DNA of 61,971 bases, filler included, from Actinomycetota bacterium (GCA_025963875.1; 5 parts of 5 records of this genome joined end to end with filler, not necessarily neighbours in it); one strand, 5' to 3'. Positions 8,198-18,273 are shown, counted from the first letter of the whole stretch. Notes: generated from the sequence alone by a model not told the origin. Program-made: numbers and translations.

Positions 8198-9508
8198 GTG
8201 CCGTCCGACGAGACCAAGTTTCTGCTCCGGGAGAACCAGATCCCGACCGCCTGGTTCAACGTGGTGCCCTCGATGCCCACCCCGCCGTCGCCCCCGCTGC
8301 ACCCGGGGACGATGCAGCCCATCGGTCCCGACGACCTCGCCCCCCTCTTCCCCATGGCCCTGATCGGCCAGGAGGTGAGTACGCAGGAGTGGATCGACAT
8401 CCCCGGCCCCGTCCTGGACGTCTATCGCACCTACCGGCCCTCCCCCCTGTACCGGGCCCGGCGGCTCGAGGCCTACCTGGGCACCCCGGCCCGCATCTAC
8501 TACAAGTACGAAGGCGTGTCGCCGGCGGGGTCCCACAAGCCGAACACCGCCATCGCCCAGGCTTATTACAACAAGGCGGAGGGCGTGCGGCGGCTGGCGA
8601 CCGAGACCGGCGCCGGTCAGTGGGGGAGCGCCCTCGCGATGGCCTCGGCCTTCTTCGGTCTGGAGTGCCAGGTCTACATGGTCGCGGCCTCCTACGAGCA
8701 GAAGCCGGGGCGCCGCACGATGATGGAGACCTGGGGCGCCCGGGTGGTCGCCTCGCCCTCGGACGAGACCGCGGCGGGCCGGGCGATCCTGGCCGGGGAC
8801 CCGGACTCGCCGGGATCGCTGGGGATCGCCATCTCCGAGGCCGTCGAGGACGCCGCCAAGCGGGAGGACACCAAGTACGCCCTCGGCAGCGTCCTCAACC
8901 ACGTGCTGCTGCACCAGACGGTGATCGGCCTCGAGGCGCGCCAGCAGATGGACCTGGCCGGCGACACGCCCGACATCGTCATCGGCTGCGTCGGAGGAGG
9001 CTCCAACTTCGCCGGCCTCGCCTTCCCATTCGTGCCCGACAAGACCCGCCAGGGCAGGGACCTCCGCTTCCTCGCCGTCGAGCCGACCGCCTGCCCCACC
9101 CTGACGGAGGGCACCTTCGAGTACGACTTCGGCGACACGGCCGAGACGACGCCCCTCATCGAGATGTACACCCTCGGCCACAAGTTCATCCCGCCGCCCA
9201 TCCACGCCGGGGGCCTCCGGTACCACGGCGACGCCCCGGCGCTGTGCCGGCTCGTCAAGGACGGGGTGATCGACACCGTCGCCTATCCCCAGACCAAGGT
9301 CTTCGAGGCCGCCGTCGAGTTCGCCCGCACCGAGGGCATCATCCCGGCCCCCGAGTCGGCCCATGCGATCCGGGCGGCCATGGACGAGGCCAGGGCCTGT
9401 AAGGAGACGGGCGAGTCTCGGGCGATCCTGTTCGGCCTCTCGGGCCACGGCCTGCTGGACCTGACCGCCTACCAGGACTACCTCCACGGCGACCTGATCG
9501 ACGGCTGA
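8198..9508 (+). CDS. trpB2: TrpB-like PLP enzyme (tryptophan synthase beta, type 2)
   Basis: [55 protein letters not shown]. Confidence 0.95.
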   Translation: MPSDETKFLLRENQIPTAWFNVVPSMPTPPSPPLHPGTMQPIGPDDLAPLFPMALIGQEVSTQEWIDIPGPVLDVYRTYRPSPLYRARRLEAYLGTPARIYYKYEGVSPAGSHKPNTAIAQAYYNKAEGVRRLATETGAGQWGSALAMASAFFGLECQVYMVAASYEQKPGRRTMMETWGARVVASPSDETAAGRAILAGDPDSPGSLGIAISEAVEDAAKREDTKYALGSVLNHVLLHQTVIGLEARQQMDLAGDTPDIVIGCVGGGSNFAGLAFPFVPDKTRQGRDLRFLAVEPTACPTLTEGTFEYDFGDTAETTPLIEMYTLGHKFIPPPIHAGGLRYHGDAPALCRLVKDGVIDTVAYPQTKVFEAAVEFARTEGIIPAPESAHAIRAAMDEARACKETGESRAILFGLSGHGLLDLTAYQDYLHGDLIDG

Positions 9509-9580
9509 CGCACCGCGCGTCAACCCTCGAGCGGCACGTTCCGGCCGCCGGCTGCGTTGTCGCGCGCGTGGCTCATCGTA

Positions 9581-9610
9581 TTGACAGAACTATATAGTTA
9601 CGGCTAAGCT
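9581..9610 (+). promoter_or_regulatory. Sigma-70 promoter with an overlapping palindrome; leaderless marR transcript
   Basis: TTGACA-N18-TAAGCT, perfect palindrome AACTATATAGTT (9588-9599), ATG 6 nt after the -10. Confidence 0.75.
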
Positions 9611-9616
9611 GTTCGT

Positions 9617-10147
9617 ATGGCTGAGCGCAACGACCTCATCGGAGCAGCATTGTTGGCACTGACTCCTTTGGCGGTCAGGCGCCGGGGTCAGGAATTGAGC
9701 CTGACTGCGTCGTCGACGCTGGCGACCCTGGAGCGGACCGGGCCCCGGCGCCTGACGGATCTCGCCGGGAACGAGGGAGTGACGCAGCCCTCGATGACCG
9801 CTGTGGTGACGCAGCTGGAGGACCTCGGCCTCGCCGAGCGCCGTCGCGACCCCGCTGATGGCCGGGTCGTGCTCGTTGCCATCACCCGAGCGGGAAGGCA
9901 GTACCTGCGCTCGATACGCCGAGCCGGTGCGTCGGTCTTCACCGCTCTGGTTGACAAGCTTCCCGAGGAGGACGTGGCAGCGCTCAACGCCGCCCTACCG
10001 GCGCTTCGCCACATGCTGGACCTTGCGGCGGAGGGCGAAACCCGCGACCCGCGCCTTCCGGACGGCAGGACGGCGCCGGCGCCCCGGGCTTCTCGACCGC
10101 AGGGGGGCCTTGACCGGAGCTCCGTCGACGTGGAGGTGAACCAATGA
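9617..10147 (+). CDS. MarR family transcriptional regulator
   Basis: GPRRLTDLA..EGVTQPSMT..V..LE..GL.ERRRDPADGR. Confidence 0.92.
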   Translation: MAERNDLIGAALLALTPLAVRRRGQELSLTASSTLATLERTGPRRLTDLAGNEGVTQPSMTAVVTQLEDLGLAERRRDPADGRVVLVAITRAGRQYLRSIRRAGASVFTALVDKLPEEDVAALNAALPALRHMLDLAAEGETRDPRLPDGRTAPAPRASRPQGGLDRSSVDVEVNQ

Positions 10148-10689
10148 CCCAGAGGGAAGCCGAGGCCCGCGCCACGCGGCTGCGGGAGACGCTGGAGAAG
10201 ATCAGGCATGAGGACGAGAGCGCTTCGCGCTCCCTGGAGTCCTCGGTGGGCGCCGGGCATGGCACCCCACCGGTGATCGTGGTCGGGCTCGACGGTTCGC
10301 CCACCAGCTGGGACGCGTTCTCCTGGGCGGCCGGGGAGGCGATCCGCTCCAACGGCCGTCTCGTCGCCGTGTACGTCACGCCCCTGGTTGACCCTGTTGC
10401 CGTGTACGGCGAGGCAGCCGGCTACGCCGCTGTCGAGCAGGCAAGGGACGAGGTGGCCTCCCAGCTCAAGAACCAGGCCGAAGAGCGGGCACGCGACCTC
10501 GGCGTGCACCTCAGGTTCGTCTGGGAACGCGGCGACGCCGCCCCGGCCATCATCCGCTTTGCAAAGTCCGTGCGGGCCGATCTCATTGTGGTCGGACAGT
10601 CCGCCAAGATCCTGCACCACCTCGCCGGCTCGCTCAGTCGCCGACTCGTCTCCCGCCACGACGCGCCGGTGATCGTTGTAGTTCCTTAA
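10144..10689 (+). CDS. Universal stress protein
   Basis: IVVGLDGS, ADLIVVG, GSLSRRLV, PVIVVVP; ATGA overlap with marR. Confidence 0.9.
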   Translation: MTQREAEARATRLRETLEKIRHEDESASRSLESSVGAGHGTPPVIVVGLDGSPTSWDAFSWAAGEAIRSNGRLVAVYVTPLVDPVAVYGEAAGYAAVEQARDEVASQLKNQAEERARDLGVHLRFVWERGDAAPAIIRFAKSVRADLIVVGQSAKILHHLAGSLSRRLVSRHDAPVIVVVP

Positions 10690-10692
10690 GCT

Positions 10693-11580
10693 TAGTGGGC
10701 ACCGGCATAAATACGATGACGCATAGATCCGAGGTTTGCGTACCCGACCCAGGCATGATCTCCTTGACCAAGGAGGAGACATGCCTGGGAAGAGCCCCTT
10801 TCGGATCGACCTGTCGGAAGATGAGCGGCAGGCGCTGTCTGGCGTCGCTGCTCGGTATTCGTCACCGTATCGGGACGTAGTGCGGGCGAAGGTGGTGCTG
10901 TATGCCGCCCAAGGCCTCTCGAATGAGGAGATTGCCGCCAGGGTGGACCTGCCCCGCCAGATCGTGAGCAAGTGGCGCAAGCGCTTCTTCGAGCAACGCC
11001 TGGAGGGACTGAAGGAGGCCCCCCGGCAAGGTAGGCCGAGGGTTTTTTCCCCCACTGGTGGTGATGGCGGTCAAGGCGGTGGCCTGCGAGCTGCCGAGGA
11101 CCCTTGAGCTCCCGCTGTCCCGGCTGTTCGTGCCCGACATCCAGAAGGAGGTGATCCGCCAGGGCATCGTGGCGTCGATCTCGGGGTCCACCATCTGGCG
11201 CTGGCTGGACCACGACGCCATCCGACCCTGGACCTTCCGCTCCTGGATCTTCCCCCGGGATCCCCACTTCGAGGCCAAGGCGGGCGTGGTGCTGGACCTG
11301 TATGCCCGCCAATTCGAGGGCAAAGCCTTGGGCGACAACGAGTTTGTGGTGTCGGCCGACGAGAAGACGTCTATTCAGGCCCGGTGCCGCTGCCATCCGT
11401 CCCTGCCTGCCGCCCAGTCCCGGGCGATGCTCATCGAGCATGAGTACGACCGGGGCGGAGCCCTGCAGTACCTCGCCGCCTGGGACGTTGGCCGGGCCAA
11501 GGTCTTCGGGCGCACCGAGGCCACCACCGGCATCGAGCCCTTCGACCGGCTGGTGGACCAGGTGATGAGCACCGAGCCCT
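10693..11580 (+). mobile_element. IS630 family insertion sequence (truncated by gap)
   Basis: Starts at a TA after the USP stop; HTH orf 10781-11107 and DDE orf (SADEKTSIQAR, EHEYDRGG) in the +1 frame, joined at GGTTTTTTCCCCC. Confidence 0.9.
10781..11580 (+). CDS. IS630 transposase, split by a frameshift, partial
   Basis: RAKVVLYAAQG.SNEEIA..V..WRKRF...GL.EAPRQGRP, then DDE domain; RBS AAGGAGG. Confidence 0.88.
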
Positions 11581-11680
11581 NNNNNNNNNNNNNNNNNNNN
11601 NNNNNNNNNNNNNNNNNNNNNNNNTTAATTAATTAANNNNNNNNNNNNNNNNNNNNNNNNNNNNNNNNNNNNNNNNNNNN
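11581..11680. other. Artificial contig linker
   Basis: N-run + TTAATTAATTAA (stops in all six frames) + N-run. Confidence 0.99.
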
Positions 11681-11793
11681 CCGACGAGGGCCGCCGCCTG
11701 CTGGAGTCGCTCTCGGCACGGCACCTCGACGAGCTCCGCCGGGTGGGCCTGTCCTTCGGGGAGATCTCCGCCGGCATCGACGCAGGCACATAG
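11681..11793 (+). CDS. C-terminal fragment of a probable MarR-family regulator
   Basis: DEGRRLLESLSARHLDELRRVGLSFGEISAGIDAGT*. Confidence 0.55.
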
Positions 11794-12069
11794 TTTCCGT
11801 CAAAAAGTGCCGTGCGCAGACTGTCGCATGTATGGCGACCCGAGGTAGCGCTTGTCCGGAACTCCGCGCCACCCAGGGGCCGGAGGAGGAGGTTGAGAGC
11901 CTAGCGCGCGCATACGCGCGTTTCGCTCCCAACTTCGGACCAGGGCCGGTCGGAAACGGAGCAATTCGGGCGGAAGACGGGCCGCATACAACCTCGGAGG
12001 CCCCCCTCAGTAGAAGTTCGCGACGGCCCGTTCGACACGGTGTTCGTGGCGGACCTCATCGCCGCCCCG

Positions 12070-12183
12070 CTAGCTCCTGCTGCCGAAGAGCTTGACGAGC
12101 AGGAACGCGATGATCAGCCCGATGACAACGCCGATCCCGATGAGCAGCTTGATCGTCCCTGTGATGACCCCCGCGAGTTCCAC
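12070..12183 (-). CDS. 37-aa single-TM small protein
   Basis: MELAGVITGTIKLLIGIGVVIGLIIAFLLVKLFGSRS; RBS AAAGGAG; GC3-rich codons. Confidence 0.75.
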   Translation of the reverse strand: MELAGVITGTIKLLIGIGVVIGLIIAFLLVKLFGSRS

Positions 12184-12264
12184 CTGACTCTCCTTTCGTC
12201 GATGCCCCGGCCCGGCGTACGGATAGGGACATACCGTCCGAAGCCCGCTCCGAAACCCGAGGGC

Positions 12265-13095
12265 TCAGAGCCTGGGCAGGCCCGCCCCGACGGGGCCGAG
12301 CGGGAAGGCGGCGTCGATGCGGGCGATCTCGTCCGGCGTCAGTGTGACCTCGGCCGCCCCGGCGTTCTCCTCGACGTGGGCGACGGTGGAGGACTTCGGG
12401 ATGGTGAACGTCCCAGGCAGGCGGACGAGGAAGCGCAGCGCCACCTGGCGCGGCGTTGCGTTGTGCGCAGCGGCGATCTCCTGCAGGACGGGATCGTCTT
12501 CAGGAAAGTCGCCCTGCCCGAAGGGGCTGTAGCCGACGACGGAGACGTCCATCGTGAGGCAGTGGTCGATGAGGCCGTGCTCGATCCAGCGGTTCCCCAG
12601 GTGGTAGAGGACCTGGTCGCAGGCGACGCCCTCCGGCCGTCCGAGGGCGATCGCCTCGTCGAGCAGTTCCCCGTCGAAGTTGGAGACCCCGAAGGCCCGG
12701 ATCTTGCCCTCGTCCACGAGGCGGCGGAACCCCTTGACGGTGTCCTCGAAGGGATGGTAACTGGGGGAGTGAAGGAGGTAGACGTCGAGCCAGTGGGTCC
12801 GGAGACGGCGCAGGCTCCGCTCGCACGCCTCGACCGTGCCCCGGTAGCTGGCATTCGACGGCAGCACCTTCGACACGAGGAAGACCTCGTCCCGCCGGCC
12901 CCGGATGGCCTCGCCGACGACCTCTTCGACGGCCCCGCCGCCGTACATCTCGGCGGTGTCGATGTGGGTCATCCCGAGGTCGAGGCCCCGCCGCAGGGCG
13001 GCGATCGACTCCTTACGGTGACGCTCCATCGTCCAGGTGCCCTGGCCGATGATGGGGACCATGACCCGGGATGGGCCGAACGGTCGTCTCTGCAT
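12265..13095 (-). CDS. Aldo/keto reductase
   Basis: IGQGTW, IDTAEMYG, LDVYLLH, GVSNF, YSPFG, IPKSS. Confidence 0.95.
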   Translation of the reverse strand: MQRRPFGPSRVMVPIIGQGTWTMERHRKESIAALRRGLDLGMTHIDTAEMYGGGAVEEVVGEAIRGRRDEVFLVSKVLPSNASYRGTVEACERSLRRLRTHWLDVYLLHSPSYHPFEDTVKGFRRLVDEGKIRAFGVSNFDGELLDEAIALGRPEGVACDQVLYHLGNRWIEHGLIDHCLTMDVSVVGYSPFGQGDFPEDDPVLQEIAAAHNATPRQVALRFLVRLPGTFTIPKSSTVAHVEENAGAAEVTLTPDEIARIDAAFPLGPVGAGLPRL

Positions 13096-13099
13096 GATC

Positions 13100-13921
13100 T
13101 CAGTCCGTCCCATCCTCCTCCGGGGCGTAGGGCAGGATCTCCTCGATGACCCAGACCGTGCACCGGGTTTCGTCGTCCAGTGAGAACCAGGTACCCAGTG
13201 CCGGGATGGGCCACTCCGTCTTCAGCAGATGCAGCCGGGTGCCGGGGATGCGATGGAAGCCGTCCGGCCAGCGGGCCAGCGCCCATTCGATACCGGCCAG
13301 CACCTCGCCGGCCCGGGGGTAGGAGCTTTTCACGACGTCCGTCCGGCACTCGTAGGCGACGGTGCGGACGACGCCGCCGAGCCCCCGCCGGCGGGCACCC
13401 CCGTTGCCGGCGAGGCCGAGGTCGGCCGCCAGTTTGGCGCCCCGGTCGAGCTCGGCCCGGTTGGGGGTCGAGGTCGAGAGGAACGCCGACTCGTACGGGA
13501 TCTCCTCCCGTTCCTCGGCAAGCTGCCAGCCGAGGACGCTGGTGTGCGAGTGGCCGCGGAGGGCGTCGGCGACCTCGGCGACCAGGGTCAGCTCCGTCTC
13601 CTCGAAGTCTTCCTGGCGGGGCGCCCGCAGCGGTAGGAGCCGGTGTTGCACGTGGCCGAGGTACCCACGGATCTCCACCGTCGCCTCGCCCCGGTCCACC
13701 AGCCCCTGGCGAATCGCCAGCAGGCCCCGTGGCGCCGGCGTCCGGGGGAGCCGCTCGTACGTGGCGCCGCTGACGGGTGCACCGTGGCGCTTGTAGTGGA
13801 GATGGTCGGCGAAGAACAGCGCCTTGTTCAGTTTGGTGGCGCCGTAGGTGGGATCCGATCGGAGGCGGTCGGCCATGAGCAGCATCAGCTCTGGCAGCCG
13901 GGGACCCTGCTCCTCGCTCAC
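13100..13921 (-). CDS. Panacea (DUF4065/SocA-like) antitoxin domain fused to a putative RelE/ParE-like domain
   Basis: N-terminal GATKLNKALFFAD..HY...G.PVSGATY.RLP, GWQLA...EEIPYE; Gly/Arg linker; C-terminal ~90-aa domain GIEWALARWP...IPGTRLHLLKT...IPALGTWFSLDD. Confidence 0.75.
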   Translation of the reverse strand: MSEEQGPRLPELMLLMADRLRSDPTYGATKLNKALFFADHLHYKRHGAPVSGATYERLPRTPAPRGLLAIRQGLVDRGEATVEIRGYLGHVQHRLLPLRAPRQEDFEETELTLVAEVADALRGHSHTSVLGWQLAEEREEIPYESAFLSTSTPNRAELDRGAKLAADLGLAGNGGARRRGLGGVVRTVAYECRTDVVKSSYPRAGEVLAGIEWALARWPDGFHRIPGTRLHLLKTEWPIPALGTWFSLDDETRCTVWVIEEILPYAPEEDGTD

Positions 13922-13928
13922 CGCACAC

Positions 13929-14726
13929 TCAGAGCTGGGCGTCCGCCAGGGCGGAGCCGCAAGTACAGGAACGCTGCAGCGGGATGCGGGGGATGAGGGC
14001 CCCGAGGAAGCTGCGGAGGGCGTCGTTGTTCCGTTGCAGGATCCGGACCACCTCCTGCGTGGTGACCGCCGGAATGTCCTCGATGCCGACGTCGTAGTCG
14101 GTGACGAGGGAGATGTTGACGCAGCACAGCTCGAGCTCCCGGGCCAGGACCCCCTCAGGGTACTGCGTCATGCCGATGACGTGCCATCCCTGCGCAGCGT
14201 AGAAGGCGCTCTCGGCCCTCGTCGAGAAACGGGGACCCTGGATCGCGACACCGGTCCCCGCCTCCCGGATGGGGATCCCGAGGTCGGTGCCGCAGGCCGC
14301 CGCAAGGGATTGCAGCTCGGGGCAGTAGGGGTCGGCAAAGCCCACATGGGTGACGACCGGCCCGTCGTAGAAGGTGTCGGCCCGGCCCGACGTCCGGTCG
14401 ACGATCTGGTCGCAGACGACGAAGGTGCCCGGGGCGATGTCCCGGCGCAGGGAGCCGACGGCGCAGGGGGCGAGGATGCGCGTGACGCCGAGTTCCCGCA
14501 TCGCCCACAGGTTCGCCCGGTAGTTGATGCGGTGCGGCGGGATGGTGTGGTTTCGGCCGTGGCGGGGCAGGAAGGCGATGCGCCGTCCGGCCACCTCGCC
14601 TACTGCTACCCGGTCGGACGGGGGTCCGTAGGGGGTATGGACCGCCACGTCGGTGGCGCCGTCGAGGAAGCTGTAGAAACCGGAACCTCCGAACAGGCCA
14701 AGCTCAGCGTTGACCTGCCTGGCCAC
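13929..14726 (-). CDS. mtnP: S-methyl-5'-thioadenosine phosphorylase
   Basis: GGSGFY, FLPRHG, PPHRINYRAN, GPRFSTRAES, TDYD. Confidence 0.95.
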   Translation of the reverse strand: MARQVNAELGLFGGSGFYSFLDGATDVAVHTPYGPPSDRVAVGEVAGRRIAFLPRHGRNHTIPPHRINYRANLWAMRELGVTRILAPCAVGSLRRDIAPGTFVVCDQIVDRTSGRADTFYDGPVVTHVGFADPYCPELQSLAAACGTDLGIPIREAGTGVAIQGPRFSTRAESAFYAAQGWHVIGMTQYPEGVLARELELCCVNISLVTDYDVGIEDIPAVTTQEVVRILQRNNDALRSFLGALIPRIPLQRSCTCGSALADAQL

Positions 14727-14734
14727 CGTCGGCG

Positions 14735-15064
14735 TCAGGCCGACTTCTCGGCGGTCTTCTTGCTGCCCTCCGAAGAAGAGCCGGAGGAGGAATCAGAGGA
14801 GTTCTGGGACTTCGCCTTCTCGCCGGACCGCTCTCCCGATCGCTCGTTCTTCTCGCCGGGTTTGGCCTTGCTGCCGGCGGAGCCCGCGCGGCGGTTGTCG
14901 GTCGAGTAGAACCCCGACCCCTTGAAGAGGATCCCGGCAGGGTGGAAGACCCGACGTAGCTGGCCGCCACAGATCTCGCAGCGCTCCAACGGCGGGTCCG
15001 AGAAGCTCTGGACCGTGTCGAAGTGGTTGCCGCAGGAGGCGCAGACATACTCGTACGTGGGCAC
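14735..15064 (-). CDS. FmdB family zinc-ribbon protein
   Basis: MPTYEYVCASC...CEICGG...FKGSGFYSTD plus a Ser/Lys-rich tail. Confidence 0.93.
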   Translation of the reverse strand: MPTYEYVCASCGNHFDTVQSFSDPPLERCEICGGQLRRVFHPAGILFKGSGFYSTDNRRAGSAGSKAKPGEKNERSGERSGEKAKSQNSSDSSSGSSSEGSKKTAEKSA

Positions 15065-15297
15065 TACTTCCCTCTCTGGTTTGAATAGCTGGACGGTTCC
15101 CCGACAGTATGCCCACCAGTATGACAGGCAGGCCGTTTGGCCCGCCCCCGTCCGGCCCGCCCGGGGCGGGGCCGCGAGGCACAATAGCTGAGCGAGATCT
15201 GAGCGGAAAGAGGTACTAGGTAAAGTTCTGGACCCAACCCTCCGACCAATCTAGGTGGTAGGTGGTAGGTACCACCGCGTGTGCGAAGGGGAACATT

Positions 15298-17373
15298 TTG
15301 TCGCTCCAATCGAAGCTGTTCGCCTTTTTCATCGGCATCGTCGTCGTCCCGCTGACCGTGGCTGCCCTCCTGATCTCCCTCGATGTCTTCGGGCTGCTGC
15401 GCCACCAGGACAGCGAACGAGTGGCCGGTGCTGCACCGGGGGCCGCGGCCCTCTACAACGAGCGGGTTGGTGCCATCAACGACCGGGTCAGGTCGATCGG
15501 CGCCGACCCGTCGCTGAAGACGGCCCTCATCACCGGCGACTCTCTCACCATCGAGTCGGCGCTGCGCCAGGCCCTCAACGGCAAGCAGGGCAACCTCGAC
15601 TTCGCCATGGTGCTCGACTCCCACAACAAGCTGCTCGCCCAGGTCCGGGGCCAGCCGATGTACCTGCCCGGCGCGGCGGCGCCGACCGCCGAGGAGATGG
15701 CGGCCACCCGGACCGTGACCGGCGAACCGTCGATGGCGAGCCTGCTCGCTGCCTACACGATCGTGCCCGTGATCAACGGGAGCTCGTCGGCCACGGTGGG
15801 GACCCTCATCGCCGGCGACTATCTGGACAACACGTTCGCTGAGGAGCTGGCCTCCTCCACCGGGATCGACGTGACCATGGTGGTCCAGGGCCAGGCCGTT
15901 GCCAGCTCGTTGAAGAACCCCCCCGGGGTCACCAACCCCTGGACCGTGGCGGTCCCGCCGTCCGGCACCCAGCCGGTGAGGGCGACGATCGGCGACCACC
16001 CCGTCGACGCGGTCGTGCACGCCCTCCAGGGCAACGTGCCGGCGACCACCGCGGCGCTGATGATCTCCGGACCCCTCAGCTCCCAGGCCCGCGGGCAGGC
16101 CCTCCTGGCCTCGATCCTCGGCTTCCTCATCGTTGCCGCCCTGGGGGCCGCGGTCCTCGGACTTGCCTTGACCAGGGCGATCGCCCGGCCGCTGCGGGAG
16201 CTGGCGAAGGGCGCCAACGCGATCGCCGCCGGCGACTACGACCAGCACATCGCCGTCCGCTCCACCGACGAGGTCGGCCAGCTCGCCCGTGCCTTCAACG
16301 AGATGACGGGCCGCCTTGCGGTCCATGTCGCCGACCTGCAGGAGTCGCGGGAGGAGCTGAAGCGCTCACTCGCCCGCTTCGGCGAGACGCTGCGCTCGAC
16401 GCACGACCTCGACAAGATCCTCCACGTCGTGCTCGACACGAGCGTGGACGCCCTGCGGGCATTGGGGGGCACACTGATGGTGGTCCGCCCCTGCCCCGGC
16501 GGCAGCGAGCTCACCGTCGCCGCGTCGAGGGGAGTGGATGCCTCCGAGCTGCGGCTGCAGGCGGGCGAGGGCATCGCCGGGTCCGTGGCGATGACCGGGG
16601 AGCCGGTGTTTGTCCCCCACACCCTCGGCAGCGGCCAGTCGCACCGGCTGCCTCTCGCCGCACCGGTCGAGCCGCCGTTCGAGTCCGCCATCTGGGTCCC
16701 GGTGTTCGCTCAGGGCCGCATCTTCGCCGTGCTGAGCCTCTTCGACCGGGAGGACGACAGCAGCTTCTCGGCCGGGGATCTCGACACCGTCCTCTCACTT
16801 GCGGACCAGGCCGGTGTCGCCATCGACAACGTCGTCCTCCATCAGGAGGCGCAGCGCCTCGCCATCACCGACGGCATGACGGGCGTCTGGAACCACCGCT
16901 ACTTCCAGCTTCGCTTCGACCAGGAGATGGACCGCTCCGCCCGGTTCCGCCGGCCGTTCTGCCTGCTGCTGTGCGACATCGACGACTTCAAGTACGTCAA
17001 CGACACCTACGGGCACCCGCAGGGCGACAGCGTCCTCATCGAGCTCGCCCGCCGGGTGAGGTCCGAGGTGCGCGACATCGACGTGCTGGCTCGCTACGGG
17101 GGGGAGGAGTTCGTGCTGATCCTGCCCGAGACCGATGCCGACGGAGGGGCCCGGGCGGCGGAGAAGATCCGGCGCCGGATCTTCGAATCCTCCTTCGGCA
17201 AGGACCGGTCCATTCCCGTCACGATGTCGATCGGGGTGGCCTGCTTCCCCAGGGCCGGCACGGACCAGAGCACCCTGCTGCGCGCCGCCGACGTCGCGCT
17301 CTACCAGGCGAAGGCCCTCGGCAAGAACCGCAGCATCGTCTTCCAGTCGCCCGAAGAGGGCAAGGCGAGCTAG
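15298..17373 (+). CDS. Membrane sensor diguanylate cyclase (2 TM, HAMP, GAF, GGDEF)
   Basis: HAMP DEVGQLARAFNEM, GAF, DIDDFK, RDID I-site, GGEEF; TTG start chosen from the RBS. Confidence 0.93.
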   Translation: MSLQSKLFAFFIGIVVVPLTVAALLISLDVFGLLRHQDSERVAGAAPGAAALYNERVGAINDRVRSIGADPSLKTALITGDSLTIESALRQALNGKQGNLDFAMVLDSHNKLLAQVRGQPMYLPGAAAPTAEEMAATRTVTGEPSMASLLAAYTIVPVINGSSSATVGTLIAGDYLDNTFAEELASSTGIDVTMVVQGQAVASSLKNPPGVTNPWTVAVPPSGTQPVRATIGDHPVDAVVHALQGNVPATTAALMISGPLSSQARGQALLASILGFLIVAALGAAVLGLALTRAIARPLRELAKGANAIAAGDYDQHIAVRSTDEVGQLARAFNEMTGRLAVHVADLQESREELKRSLARFGETLRSTHDLDKILHVVLDTSVDALRALGGTLMVVRPCPGGSELTVAASRGVDASELRLQAGEGIAGSVAMTGEPVFVPHTLGSGQSHRLPLAAPVEPPFESAIWVPVFAQGRIFAVLSLFDREDDSSFSAGDLDTVLSLADQAGVAIDNVVLHQEAQRLAITDGMTGVWNHRYFQLRFDQEMDRSARFRRPFCLLLCDIDDFKYVNDTYGHPQGDSVLIELARRVRSEVRDIDVLARYGGEEFVLILPETDADGGARAAEKIRRRIFESSFGKDRSIPVTMSIGVACFPRAGTDQSTLLRAADVALYQAKALGKNRSIVFQSPEEGKAS

Positions 17374-17409
17374 AGATGTCCTCAGAGAGCGGCGAGTAAG
17401 ATCCGGCCC

Positions 17410-18273
17410 ATGCCCATTCGCAAGGGAGTCATTCCCGCTGCCGGTCTCGGAACCCGTTTCCTTCCCGCCTCCAAGGCGGTGCCCAAGGTGCTGCTGCCCA
17501 TCGTCGACCGGCCGGTGATCCAGTACGCCGTCGAGGAGATGGCCCGCGCCGGCATCACCCAGATCTGCATCGTCCTCTCCCACGGGCAGGGGGCCATCTC
17601 CGACCACTTCGCCCCGGCCCCCGAGCTCGAGGCGGTGCTCGAGAAGGCGGGCAAGACCGAGCTCCTCGAGGAGGTGCGCAGGACCGAGACCCTGGCGGAC
17701 ATCTTCTACGTCCAGCAGCACCGTCCCCTCGGCCTCGGCCATGCGGTGGTGTGCGCCGCGGACTTCATCGACGACGAGCCCTTCGCCGTCCTCCTGCCCG
17801 ACGAGCTCTTCGACCCCAAGGACAACTTTCTCGGAGAGATGGTGGAGACCTTCGAGGTCGAGGGAGCGAGCGTTGTCGCCGGTTTGGAGGTGCCCCACGA
17901 GGAGATCTGCCGCTACGGGGCAATGGCGATCGAGGATCTCGAGGTGGAGCCCCTGCGGATCCTGTCGCTCGTCGAGAAGCCGCCCCTCGATGAGGCGCCG
18001 TCGGACATCGCCATCGTGGGCCGCTACGTCCTGGAGCCCGCCGTCCTGGCCCTCCTCGCCAAGCTTCCGCCCGGAGCCCTCGGTGAGATCCAGCTCACCG
18101 ATGCCCTCGACATCCTGGCTCGGGAGGGCCGCCTGCTCGGCAAGCTCTACCGGGGCCGCCGCTGGGATGCCGGCAACAAGCAGGGCTTCCTGCGGGCCAA
18201 CTTCGACCTGGCGGCGGAGCGCCCGGACCTCGCCGCGACGGTGGCCGATCTCCTGGGGCGCCCGGTTGCCTGA
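17410..18273 (+). CDS. galU: UTP--glucose-1-phosphate uridylyltransferase
   Basis: [38 protein letters not shown]. Confidence 0.95.
   Translation: MPIRKGVIPAAGLGTRFLPASKAVPKVLLPIVDRPVIQYAVEEMARAGITQICIVLSHGQGAISDHFAPAPELEAVLEKAGKTELLEEVRRTETLADIFYVQQHRPLGLGHAVVCAADFIDDEPFAVLLPDELFDPKDNFLGEMVETFEVEGASVVAGLEVPHEEICRYGAMAIEDLEVEPLRILSLVEKPPLDEAPSDIAIVGRYVLEPAVLALLAKLPPGALGEIQLTDALDILAREGRLLGKLYRGRRWDAGNKQGFLRANFDLAAERPDLAATVADLLGRPVA

Noticed and set aside
11832..12095. 87-aa ORF on the + strand
   Set aside because: No RBS or motif, and it overlaps the better-supported small membrane-protein gene.
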